Origin: Chitinophagaceae bacterium
Lineage (GTDB): Bacteria > Bacteroidota > Bacteroidia > Chitinophagales > Chitinophagaceae
Reading direction: 5' to 3'
DNA length: 64,000 bases
NCBI GenBank assembly: GCA_049840875.1
Contig: JASGJE010000011.1
Coordinates: 695,978-759,977, forward strand
Below the pieces are notes generated by a model that ran no database searches, was not told the origin of the DNA, and worked only from the letters and a program-made list of their open reading frames with translations. Made by a program: the position numbers and the translations under genes. Shown here in pieces: positions 49,388-57,617 of this stretch. Numbering within the stretch: position 1 is the first letter of the stretch; every line of letters begins with the position of its first letter.

Positions 49388-50608
49388 TTTGTTGAGTACC
49401 TAAAATTACTCATAAATATGATTTCCGCAACTCTCTATTTATCCGCATATTTCCACTGATAGCCTTTAGACGATTTCTTTAGACCTTTTAGGACTTTCCA
49501 GATAGTACCGGTATTTACGCCAACAGCTTGCGCAGCCTCTTTAAGTTTGGTATATGTGCCTACTATTTCACCGTCTTTTATTTGAAGTATTGTTCCAGCA
49601 GGGTAATTATGTACTGGTAATGGGTTGCTAATAGCAGCATCTTTTTTAGTTAGCGTAACGTAACGTAAACGGCCTTCTGCATTCTTTAGGGAGAGAGCAA
49701 ACCTTTCTACGTCCTTTATTTTCCTGCTATTATACCGGTACATAGTTTCGTCACAATAACGTGAAAGGTGTTTAGGTGTTACTTGGTGATATATGCCAAT
49801 TATAGACCTTTTAAGCAAGCTAAATGCGCCTTCTATGCTATTTGTATTGATAACTCCATCTCTCCCAAATTCGTCGTTTGCATGGTTTACAGTTTCATGG
49901 CCTGCGAAATCCTGATTAATCCCTATGTAGGCATTCGCTGTATCTGTCATCAATACTGCATCCTTATCTACATTCTCCCTGATTAGGGGTTGTAACACAT
50001 TAGAATTATTTTCTTTGCCGAGTGCTATTAATTTGAGTTTGCCGCCTCTCTCAATCATTCCCATAACCATAGTCTTATTTTGGGCTGTCCCATTGTTGTC
50101 CGTCCTTAGTTTAGCTCTCTTGTATTTGGGCATATTCTTTACTTTGCCGCCCACCCATGTTTCATCTATTTCTACAATGTTGTCTAATTTATCACTTGTC
50201 TTTTCTCTCATTAGCTCCCTTATTCTATGCAGCATGAACCATGCAGATTTTTGAGACACTTTAATATCCCTGCCTAACTGGTAAGATGAAATACCTTTTT
50301 TATGTGCTGTACATAGGTAGATAGCCATAAACCATTTAGTCAATGGTACATTAGAAGCCTCAAATACTGTCCCTGTAATGACACTAAACTTCCTATAGCA
50401 TGTTTTAGAGCCACATTTATATCTTTTACCATTCTCGATAACATAACATTTACCATAACCACAATAAGGGCAAACAGCGTTACCATTCTCCCACCTTGCT
50501 TTGGCTAAATAATCTCTACAAGTCTTTTCATCTGGCAGAGCCTTAACCATTTCGATAATGTTACTGAACATATTTGTTAATTTTATAGTGTTCTCAAAAC
50601 AACCTAAA
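49388..50608 (-). mobile_element. IS1595-family (ISXO2-like) insertion sequence, ~1.2 kb, with imperfect terminal inverted repeats (left ~49391-49412 GTTGAGTACCTAAAATTAC; right ~50582-50607 TTAATTTTATAGTGTTCTCAAAACAA)
   Basis: IR alignment read directly (TAATTTTA-G-GTACTCAAC-AAACAA vs TAATTTTATAGTGTTCTCAAAACAA). Contains a single transposase ORF. Confidence 0.6.
49435..50571 (-). CDS. IS1595-family DDE transposase with an N-terminal zinc ribbon (ISXO2-like)
   Basis: CPYCGYGKCYVIENGKRYKCGSKTCYRKFSVITGTVFEASNVPLTKWFMAIYL...SSYQLGRDIKVSQKSAWFMLHRIRE is the hallmark N-terminus of IS1595 transposases; the DDE region follows. Confidence 0.75.
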   Translation of the reverse strand: MFSNIIEMVKALPDEKTCRDYLAKARWENGNAVCPYCGYGKCYVIENGKRYKCGSKTCYRKFSVITGTVFEASNVPLTKWFMAIYLCTAHKKGISSYQLGRDIKVSQKSAWFMLHRIRELMREKTSDKLDNIVEIDETWVGGKVKNMPKYKRAKLRTDNNGTAQNKTMVMGMIERGGKLKLIALGKENNSNVLQPLIRENVDKDAVLMTDTANAYIGINQDFAGHETVNHANDEFGRDGVINTNSIEGAFSLLKRSIIGIYHQVTPKHLSRYCDETMYRYNSRKIKDVERFALSLKNAEGRLRYVTLTKKDAAISNPLPVHNYPAGTILQIKDGEIVGTYTKLKEAAQAVGVNTGTIWKVLKGLKKSSKGYQWKYADK

Positions 50609-50621
50609 TGATAAAAAATAT

Positions 50622-50921
50622 ATGGGTAAAGTAAAGTTTGTTCCTATTAGTTATTGGGATAAGAAAACCATGAAATTGACTGACAATCCAACTCCAGAAC
50701 AATGGAAGCAATTGGAAGACATTTGTAATGAACTTAACGTAAAATATTCTGGGAGCAGCGGATGTGCCATTCACCCCGAACGAGACCAAAAAATATTGAC
50801 AGGATATTTTAATGGCCACATCGATTTTCAAATATCTAAAACCAATGAATGTCATTGTGAGCAAATAATAAATGATTTAATAGCTATCCGTAATTATGAA
50901 ATGATTATGTCAAACCGTTAA
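50622..50921 (+). CDS. Hypothetical 99-aa Cys/His-containing protein (CAIHPERD...NECHCEQ)
   Basis: ORF only; no family recognised. Confidence 0.3.
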   Translation: MGKVKFVPISYWDKKTMKLTDNPTPEQWKQLEDICNELNVKYSGSSGCAIHPERDQKILTGYFNGHIDFQISKTNECHCEQIINDLIAIRNYEMIMSNR

Positions 50922-51203
50922 TACACTTCAAGTAATTGCAATTTCTCTTGCATGGGGTACAATTCGCTATTCTCTTTAAACCCATGCACACACACTAAAA
51001 TTTTAGTATTATTAGCATTTTCAAAATCCTGAATTAGCTTATTTAATAGGATGCTTAATTCTTTCACTTCATTGGATTGATCTATATATTCATTCGCCAA
51101 TAGAAGCTAAAAAATAGATGGTATTAACAATAACTAATTACAATACAACTAATTATGTTGTCCCTCTTTAGTTATTATGGCCGCTGAAGCATGGGGCAAT
51201 AAC

Positions 51204-51626
51204 CTAAAATCCAAATTTTGAAATAAACTCATCATATTCTTCTACGAAGGTTTTCTTTTTGTGATGACCTTCCTGATTATCAATGTACCTCTTTACGGCC
51301 TCAACACCAGATTCACTAACTGATACAGCGAAATAATCATCTTGCCACTCCAATCTTTTACTCTTGAACCCTGATCTGTTATTAAACCAAAAAGAAGATT
51401 CTCCTTTTATCAATTGTACAATTTTTTCTATTGTCTGTCCACTACCAAGCGACACAAGACAATGCAGGTGATCGTCGTATCCATTTACACAATCCAAAAA
51501 AATTCCTTTGCTTTTCGCATTTTGCTTTATATGATCAAATAACAAATACCGGACATCGTTTGTCAATACAGGTTCTCTGTTTTTAGTAGCCCATACCAAA
51601 TGAATCCATACCCTGATATATGGCAT
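51204..51626 (-). CDS. REP-associated tyrosine transposase (RAYT), IS200/IS605-like HuH TnpA
   Basis: HuH motif DHLHCLVSL, C-terminal catalytic YIDNQEGHH (IS200 Y-x-x-N-Q signature), N-terminus MPYIRVWIHLVWATKNREPVL. The ORF track extends to a GTG at 51713. No flanking IS605 TnpB is present. Confidence 0.7.
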   Translation of the reverse strand: MPYIRVWIHLVWATKNREPVLTNDVRYLLFDHIKQNAKSKGIFLDCVNGYDDHLHCLVSLGSGQTIEKIVQLIKGESSFWFNNRSGFKSKRLEWQDDYFAVSVSESGVEAVKRYIDNQEGHHKKKTFVEEYDEFISKFGF

Positions 51627-51776
51627 ATTCTTTTTTCCAATATTACCGAGGTTAACAATTCTAAAGACTCTTATCGACAGATTTCCCTTTATAAGTTGAT
51701 TTGAGCAAAGCACATTATAAATTGTTTGAACTCTTTATTTCTAATACCGATTTTTGCAACTCTAAAAAATCATTGA

Positions 51777-52364
51777 ATGTCATTTACTCCTGAAGATTTT
51801 AACGCATTGGTAAAAACAAGAAGATCTGTATTCCCCGATCAATTTGATACAACAAGAAAGGTTCCGGATGAAATCATAAATCAAATAGTTGAAAATGCAA
51901 CCTGGGCGCCGAATCACGGACAAACTGAGCCCTGGCAATTCACCATATTTAGCGGTGAAGGATTAAAGAAATTTGCCTCGTTTCAAAGTGAATTGTATAA
52001 AGAAGAAGCAGGCGCGGATTTCAATGAAGGAAAATTCTCAAAACTTCAAACACAACCATTACGAGCTTCTCATATCATCGCTATAGGAATGAAACGAACA
52101 ACAATAAAAAGAATTCCTGAAATAGAGGATGTTGAAGCCGTGGCATGCGCTGTCCAAAACATTTATTTATCTGTGACAGCGTATGGGCTTGGTGGCTATT
52201 GGACCACGGGCGGCATCACCTACTTTGAAGGAGCGAAAGACTTTTTTGGGCTTGGCGAACAAGACAAACTACTTGGTTTTTTCTATATCGCATATGTTGC
52301 TGTTCCATCCGCAACTGGCAAACGAAGTCCGTTGACGGAAAAGGTAAAATGGACAAAAGAATAG
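51777..52364 (+). CDS. Nitroreductase-family protein (NAD(P)H-flavin oxidoreductase-like)
   Basis: FVKTRRSVFPDQFD...APNHGQTEPWQFT motifs of the nitroreductase fold. Confidence 0.75.
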   Translation: MSFTPEDFNALVKTRRSVFPDQFDTTRKVPDEIINQIVENATWAPNHGQTEPWQFTIFSGEGLKKFASFQSELYKEEAGADFNEGKFSKLQTQPLRASHIIAIGMKRTTIKRIPEIEDVEAVACAVQNIYLSVTAYGLGGYWTTGGITYFEGAKDFFGLGEQDKLLGFFYIAYVAVPSATGKRSPLTEKVKWTKE

Positions 52365-52580
52365 TTTTGTTATACTTTATAAGCCACCAGGAATAAATTT
52401 CCACCGTTAATAAGTTTAAATTCTGTTGTTGCACTAATTGTGCATGCCGTTTCGTTGAAGCGGAATCAATAACTAAGTAGAACCCTGTATTATCCATTTA
52501 ACCCACTGAAAAACAATTAATGCCACCAAGTCGTATATTCGTGCGGCAATTTTTAAAACGCAATTGTCAAATTATCCTGC

Positions 52581-53582
52581 ATGAGCAATAAGATAACTGC
52601 TGCCATCACTGGTGTTGGTGGTTTTGTACCTGAAGACAGGCTAACCAATTTCGACCTTGAAAAGATGGTGGATACAAATGATGAGTGGATCAGAACAAGA
52701 ACGGGTATTTCTGAAAGAAGAATATTAAAAGGCAAAGGGTTGGCAACTTCAGACATGATTGCTCCCGCAATAAAAAATCTTTGTGAGAAAAGAGGTCTTG
52801 ATCCGATGGAGATAGATTGTGTGATCGTGGCTACGGTAACACCTGACATGTTTTTCCCTTCCACTGCAAATCTTGCCTGCGATAAAGTTGGTGCAAAGAA
52901 TGCTTTCGGTTTTGATCTTGCTGCGGCATGTTCCGGATTTTTGTATGCGTTAACAACAGGGGCTGCCTTTATTGAAAGTGGTCGTTATAAAAAAGTTGTA
53001 GTTGCTGGTGGTGATAAAATGAGCGCCATTGTAGATTATACTGACCGCTCTACCAGCATCATCTTTGGTGATGGAGCGGCAGCTGTTTTATTGGAACCAA
53101 ATACAGAAGGATACGGTGTACAAGACAGTATTTTGCGAAGTGACGGCAGCGGATGTAATTATCTCCACATGAAAGCAGGAGGATCATTGCGGCCTGCAAG
53201 CATAGAAACAGTTACCAACAAACAACACTTCATTTACCAGGAAGGCCAGGCAGTATTCAAATTTGCTGTAAAAGGTATGGCTGACGTGAGCGCCGAACTA
53301 CTGGAAAGAAATAATCTGACCGGCGATGATATAGCATGGCTGGTACCCCACCAGGCGAATAAAAGGATAATTGATGCCACGGCGCAGCGAATGGGATTGA
53401 GCAGCGAAAAAGTAATGCTGAATATTCACAGATACGGCAATACTACAGCAGGTACTATTCCTCTCTGTTTATGGGATTGGGAAAATCAGTTAAAGAAAGG
53501 AGATAATCTTGTGTTCGCAGCGTTTGGTGGTGGTTTTACATGGGGCGCTACGCTGGTAAAGTGGGCTTATACTAAAAACTGA
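52581..53582 (+). CDS. fabH: 3-oxoacyl-ACP synthase III (KAS III)
   Basis: [35 protein letters not shown]-terminus, catalytic Cys ([11 protein letters not shown]), HQANKRI and GNTTAG motifs. Confidence 0.9.
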   Translation: MSNKITAAITGVGGFVPEDRLTNFDLEKMVDTNDEWIRTRTGISERRILKGKGLATSDMIAPAIKNLCEKRGLDPMEIDCVIVATVTPDMFFPSTANLACDKVGAKNAFGFDLAAACSGFLYALTTGAAFIESGRYKKVVVAGGDKMSAIVDYTDRSTSIIFGDGAAAVLLEPNTEGYGVQDSILRSDGSGCNYLHMKAGGSLRPASIETVTNKQHFIYQEGQAVFKFAVKGMADVSAELLERNNLTGDDIAWLVPHQANKRIIDATAQRMGLSSEKVMLNIHRYGNTTAGTIPLCLWDWENQLKKGDNLVFAAFGGGFTWGATLVKWAYTKN

Positions 53583-53590
53583 TCAACTCA

Positions 53591-53851
53591 ATGGAAGAAG
53601 TAAGAAAGAGAAGGCGCAGACATCGGAAAGGTAGAAGCAAGCGAAAATTCTGGATCCGGTTTTTGCTTTATTTTCTTTACTTCAGTCTTACATTTCTATC
53701 ACTCTATTACCTGTTTGACAGGAGCGATATGTTACGGGAAATGAGAAAATATCCAGACATCTTCTGTTATAAAGTATTCGGTACCTCATTGTTATTCTCA
53801 CTGGGCCTTGCATTGTGGATGCGCAGAGATCCCGGGCTTACGGGAAAGTGA
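53591..53851 (+). CDS. Small hypothetical membrane protein with an Arg/Lys-rich N-terminus
   Basis: MEEVRKRRRRHRKGRSKRKFW followed by two hydrophobic segments. Confidence 0.35.
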   Translation: MEEVRKRRRRHRKGRSKRKFWIRFLLYFLYFSLTFLSLYYLFDRSDMLREMRKYPDIFCYKVFGTSLLFSLGLALWMRRDPGLTGK

Positions 53852-53989
53852 TCTTCTCTTATAGTTTACATGGTTTTATTCTTGCAATGGTTTAATTGTT
53901 ATTCTATTCACGACAGTAGAAGAGTCTTCAACAATTCAACAATAAAACCATCCAACTCCATACTTTTGTTGCTCAAAAAATGAATCAGA

Positions 53990-55213
53990 ATGGATAAAGA
54001 TTTCCAGGCTTCAGGATTTAGTTCCATAGCAGTGCATGGTGGCCACGAGCAGGATCCGATGTATTCTCACCTCACTCCTATCTATGCGGCAAGCACATTT
54101 GTATATGATGAAGCAGAACAAGGCATGCGCCGCTTCAGCGGAAAAGAAGATGGATATATTTATACACGATGGGGCAATCCAACATTTTCAGAAGCAGAGA
54201 GGAAAATTGCGGCGCTTGAAAGCCACAATCTAAGCGACAAAAACGGAAATCCGCTTGAATTGAAAGCGCTGTTGCATGCATCGGGAATGGCGGCAATTAC
54301 AACATTGATGATGATGAACCTGAAAGCAGGTGATAAGGTACTTTCTCATTATTCATTATACGGCGGAACGGAAGAATTAATTACAAATTTTTTACCCCGT
54401 CTCGGTATACAATCAGTAATCGCTGATTTGCGTGATCTGAACAAAGCGGAAGAAGCGATAAAAAATGATACAGCAATTAAAATGCTTTATATCGAAACGC
54501 CGGCAAATCCTACCATTCAATGCGTCGACATAGAAGAACTTACGTGGATCGCAAAAAAATACAACCTGATCGTTGCGTGCGATAATACGTTTGCAACTCC
54601 GTATTTACAACAACCATTTCAGTATGGGGTTGATTTCGTTGTTCATTCAACAACAAAATTTCTCAACGGTCACGGCACTTCTATTGGCGGTGTATTGATC
54701 GGTAAGGACATTGAATTCATGAAATCAAAAGCTTTTTTAACACTAAAGACATTAGGTGGTAATGCAAATCCTTTTGATGCTTTCCTGCTGATCAATGGAA
54801 TAAAAACACTGGAAGTAAGAATGGAAAGACATTGTCATAACGCAATGGAAGTAGCGCATTTCCTGGAAAGACATCTAGCTATTTCGAAAGTGAATTATAA
54901 TGGCCTCTCTGATCATCCCGATCATTTCGTCGCGATGAAACAAATGAAACATCCGGGAGCAATGATGAGCTTTGAATTAAAAAACGGTTTACAGGGCGGT
55001 ATAACGTTTATGAACAAACTGAAAATGTGCACCCGTACTGTTTCCCTCGGTACATGCGACACATTGCTAAGCCATCCTGCTTCGATGACGCACTATAGCG
55101 TTCCAAAAGAAGCAAGAGAAAAATATGGCATAACGGATGGCCTTATTCGTATGAGCATCGGTATTGAAAATGTGCAGGATATCATTGCGGATCTTAATCA
55201 GGCGTTGAGTTGA
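53990..55213 (+). CDS. PLP-dependent Cys/Met-metabolism enzyme (methionine gamma-lyase / O-acetylhomoserine sulfhydrylase / cystathionine gamma-synthase family)
   Basis: Family motifs (YTRWGNPT, lysine-containing STTKFLNGHG, SLGTCDTLLSHPASMTH). Confidence 0.8.
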   Translation: MDKDFQASGFSSIAVHGGHEQDPMYSHLTPIYAASTFVYDEAEQGMRRFSGKEDGYIYTRWGNPTFSEAERKIAALESHNLSDKNGNPLELKALLHASGMAAITTLMMMNLKAGDKVLSHYSLYGGTEELITNFLPRLGIQSVIADLRDLNKAEEAIKNDTAIKMLYIETPANPTIQCVDIEELTWIAKKYNLIVACDNTFATPYLQQPFQYGVDFVVHSTTKFLNGHGTSIGGVLIGKDIEFMKSKAFLTLKTLGGNANPFDAFLLINGIKTLEVRMERHCHNAMEVAHFLERHLAISKVNYNGLSDHPDHFVAMKQMKHPGAMMSFELKNGLQGGITFMNKLKMCTRTVSLGTCDTLLSHPASMTHYSVPKEAREKYGITDGLIRMSIGIENVQDIIADLNQALS

Positions 55214-55272
55214 GTTACAAAGCTAAGCTCAACCTTACATTTAACTATCTGCATTTTTTGACTAAATAATAA

Positions 55273-55358
55273 TTTGGCTAAAGCCAGTGTAGAAATCTGC
55301 TATTGCCCCGTCATTAATGACGGGGCAATAAGTTTAAAATTCCCAGGCTTTAGCCGAA
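55273..55358. repeat. REP/MITE-like palindromic element copy (TTTGGCTAAAGCCAGT ... inner hairpin ATTGCCCCGTCATTAATGACGGGGCAAT ... CAGGCTTTAGCCGAA)
   Basis: Same TIR family; downstream of the PLP enzyme gene. Confidence 0.8.
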
Positions 55359-55467
55359 TAGAATATCTGTGATTTTAGTTTTTGTTCAAAAACTATCAAC
55401 ACTAATTAATTTTTCCTATCCCACATTTTCAGTTGTATCTTCCATTTCACACACCAAAAACGCACAC

Positions 55468-57141
55468 ATGAGAAAGCCATTTTTACCAATCGCTGTTGTC
55501 GTTGCATTTACTGCCTGCAAGCAACCACAACAATACGATCTTATCATTCGCAATGGAATAATCTACGATGGTAGCGGTAGTGAACCAGTGAAAGGCGATA
55601 TCGGCATCAATGCAGATACTATCGCATTTATCGGTGATCTCAAAGATGCAAAAGGAAAATCAGAGACAGATGCAAAAGGCATGGCTGTAGCTCCCGGCTT
55701 TATCAATATGATGGGGCATTCGGAAGAAACATTGATTGAAGATGGACGAGGACAAAGCGATGTACGACAAGGTGTAACAACTGAAATATTCGGCGAGTTC
55801 AGTATGGGCCCGCAGAATGCGGATATGAAAAAGCAGCGGCAGGATGGACAAGGTGATATAAAATATAAGGTGGAATGGAATACATTGGGCGAATACATGA
55901 ATTTTTTAGAGAAGAAAGGCATTGCTCCAAACATTGCTTCGTTCGTCGGCACCGGCGTGGTTCGCCAGTATGTAATCGGCGAAGGCAATGTCGCTCCAAC
56001 TCCTTCGCAATTAGATAGTATGAAATTATTGGTAAAGCAAGCAATGGAAGAAGGCGCTCTCGGTGTTACAAACGCATTAATTTACCCACCTGATTTTTTT
56101 GCAAAGACAGATGAGTTGATTGAATTATCGAAGGAAGCTGCAAAATATGGCGGTACATACAGCAGTCATATGCGCAGCGAAGGAAACAAATTTGTTGAAG
56201 CAGTAGATGAGATTATTAAAATATCGAAGGAAGCAAAAATTCCTGTTGAAATATTTCATTTAAAAGCAGCCGGAAAAGATAACTGGCCAAAGATGGATTC
56301 AGTAATCACAAAGATTGAAAAAGCAAGAAGTGAAGGAATCGATATTACTGCGGATATGTACACTTATCTAGCCGGCGCAACAGGTATGACATCCGCTTTC
56401 CCGCCAACATTGCAGGATGGCGGCTTTGGAAAACTCTGGCAACGGTTACACGACCCTGTTATAAGAAAGCAAATGGCAAAGGCAATGAATACAAATGCCA
56501 GCGACTGGGAAAATCTTTATTACGGCGCTGGGGGTGCCGAACATGTTTTGCTATTGAGCTTTAAACAGGACTCATTGAAAAAGTTTACCGGTAAATCACT
56601 CGCAGAGGTTGCAAAAATCCGCGGTACAACGCCGGAAGAGACAGCAATGGATCTTATTATACAAGATAGCACGAGAGTTGGTGTCGCTTACTTCCTGATG
56701 AGTGAAGACAATGTAAAAAAACAAGTCGCACTACCTTGGGTGAGCTTTGGCAGCGATGAAGGTTCATATACAACAGAAGGTGTTTTCTTAAAATCAAACG
56801 CACATCCAAGAGCCTACGGAAACTTTGCAAGAGTGTTAGGCAAATACAGCCGCGATGAAAAAGTTGTATCGTTGAAAGACGCCATTGCCAAACTTGCTGC
56901 TTTACCTGCAAAACATTTAAAGCTCAGCAAAAGAGGCGAACTAAAAACCGGTTATTATGCTGATATCGTTATTTTCGATCCGCAAAAAATAAAAGATAAT
57001 GCTACGTATGAAAAACCGCATCAGTATGCTGAAGGCATGTTGAATGTTTTTGTAAATGGCGTTGAGGTATTAAAAGATGGTGAACCTACAAACGCTAAAC
57101 CGGGAAAATTCATAAAAGGAGCTGGTTATAAAAAATCGTAG
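55468..57141 (+). CDS. Amidohydrolase-family N-acyl-D-amino-acid deacylase (D-aminoacylase)-like lipoprotein
   Basis: Lipoprotein signal MRKPFLPIAVVVAFTAC; amidohydrolase motifs (GFINMMGHSEE, D-aminoacylase-like length). The ORF track starts at an upstream GTG 55369. Confidence 0.7.
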   Translation: MRKPFLPIAVVVAFTACKQPQQYDLIIRNGIIYDGSGSEPVKGDIGINADTIAFIGDLKDAKGKSETDAKGMAVAPGFINMMGHSEETLIEDGRGQSDVRQGVTTEIFGEFSMGPQNADMKKQRQDGQGDIKYKVEWNTLGEYMNFLEKKGIAPNIASFVGTGVVRQYVIGEGNVAPTPSQLDSMKLLVKQAMEEGALGVTNALIYPPDFFAKTDELIELSKEAAKYGGTYSSHMRSEGNKFVEAVDEIIKISKEAKIPVEIFHLKAAGKDNWPKMDSVITKIEKARSEGIDITADMYTYLAGATGMTSAFPPTLQDGGFGKLWQRLHDPVIRKQMAKAMNTNASDWENLYYGAGGAEHVLLLSFKQDSLKKFTGKSLAEVAKIRGTTPEETAMDLIIQDSTRVGVAYFLMSEDNVKKQVALPWVSFGSDEGSYTTEGVFLKSNAHPRAYGNFARVLGKYSRDEKVVSLKDAIAKLAALPAKHLKLSKRGELKTGYYADIVIFDPQKIKDNATYEKPHQYAEGMLNVFVNGVEVLKDGEPTNAKPGKFIKGAGYKKS

Positions 57142-57159
57142 TTCAAAAAGTAATTTATT

Positions 57160-57609
57160 ATGGCTATTGAGATTCGCAAAGCGGTAAAAGAAGATTGCCC
57201 AAGATTAATGGAGTTGATAACAGAACTGGCGGTGTATGAAAAGGCGCCCCAGGAAGTAACGGTGAAGATGGAACATTTCATCGAAAGCGGATTTGGGTCA
57301 AATCCTGTGTGGTGGGCACTTGTTGCAGAAGAGGATAATCGTATCGAAGGTTTTGCACTTTATTATATCCGTTATTCAACATGGAAAGGACAACGGATGT
57401 ATCTCGAAGATCTGATCGTTACTGAAAAAATGCGTGGCAGAGGTTTGGGAAAAATGTTGTACGATCAGTTGATCGAAGAAGCGAAAGAAAAAAAATTCAG
57501 TGGAGTTGTATGGCAGGTGCTTGACTGGAATGAACCGGCTATTAATTTTTATAAAAAGTATGGCGCCCGGTTTGATTCCGGATGGGTGAATTGCGCTATT
57601 GAAATATAG
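57160..57609 (+). CDS. GNAT-family N-acetyltransferase
   Basis: Acetyl-CoA binding motif RGRGLGKML in a ~150-aa protein. Confidence 0.75.
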   Translation: MAIEIRKAVKEDCPRLMELITELAVYEKAPQEVTVKMEHFIESGFGSNPVWWALVAEEDNRIEGFALYYIRYSTWKGQRMYLEDLIVTEKMRGRGLGKMLYDQLIEEAKEKKFSGVVWQVLDWNEPAINFYKKYGARFDSGWVNCAIEI

Positions 57610-57617
57610 TAGCCAGC

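Noticed and set aside
48000-51750. Prophage or integrative element
   Set aside because: No integrase, recombinase, or capsid/tail/terminase-like genes are present. The content fits a small IS/TA/RAYT island instead.
53852-53989. SAM/T-box style riboswitch upstream of the Cys/Met PLP enzyme gene
   Set aside because: I could not recognise any conserved riboswitch core in the 138-nt leader. This would need an Rfam/Infernal scan.
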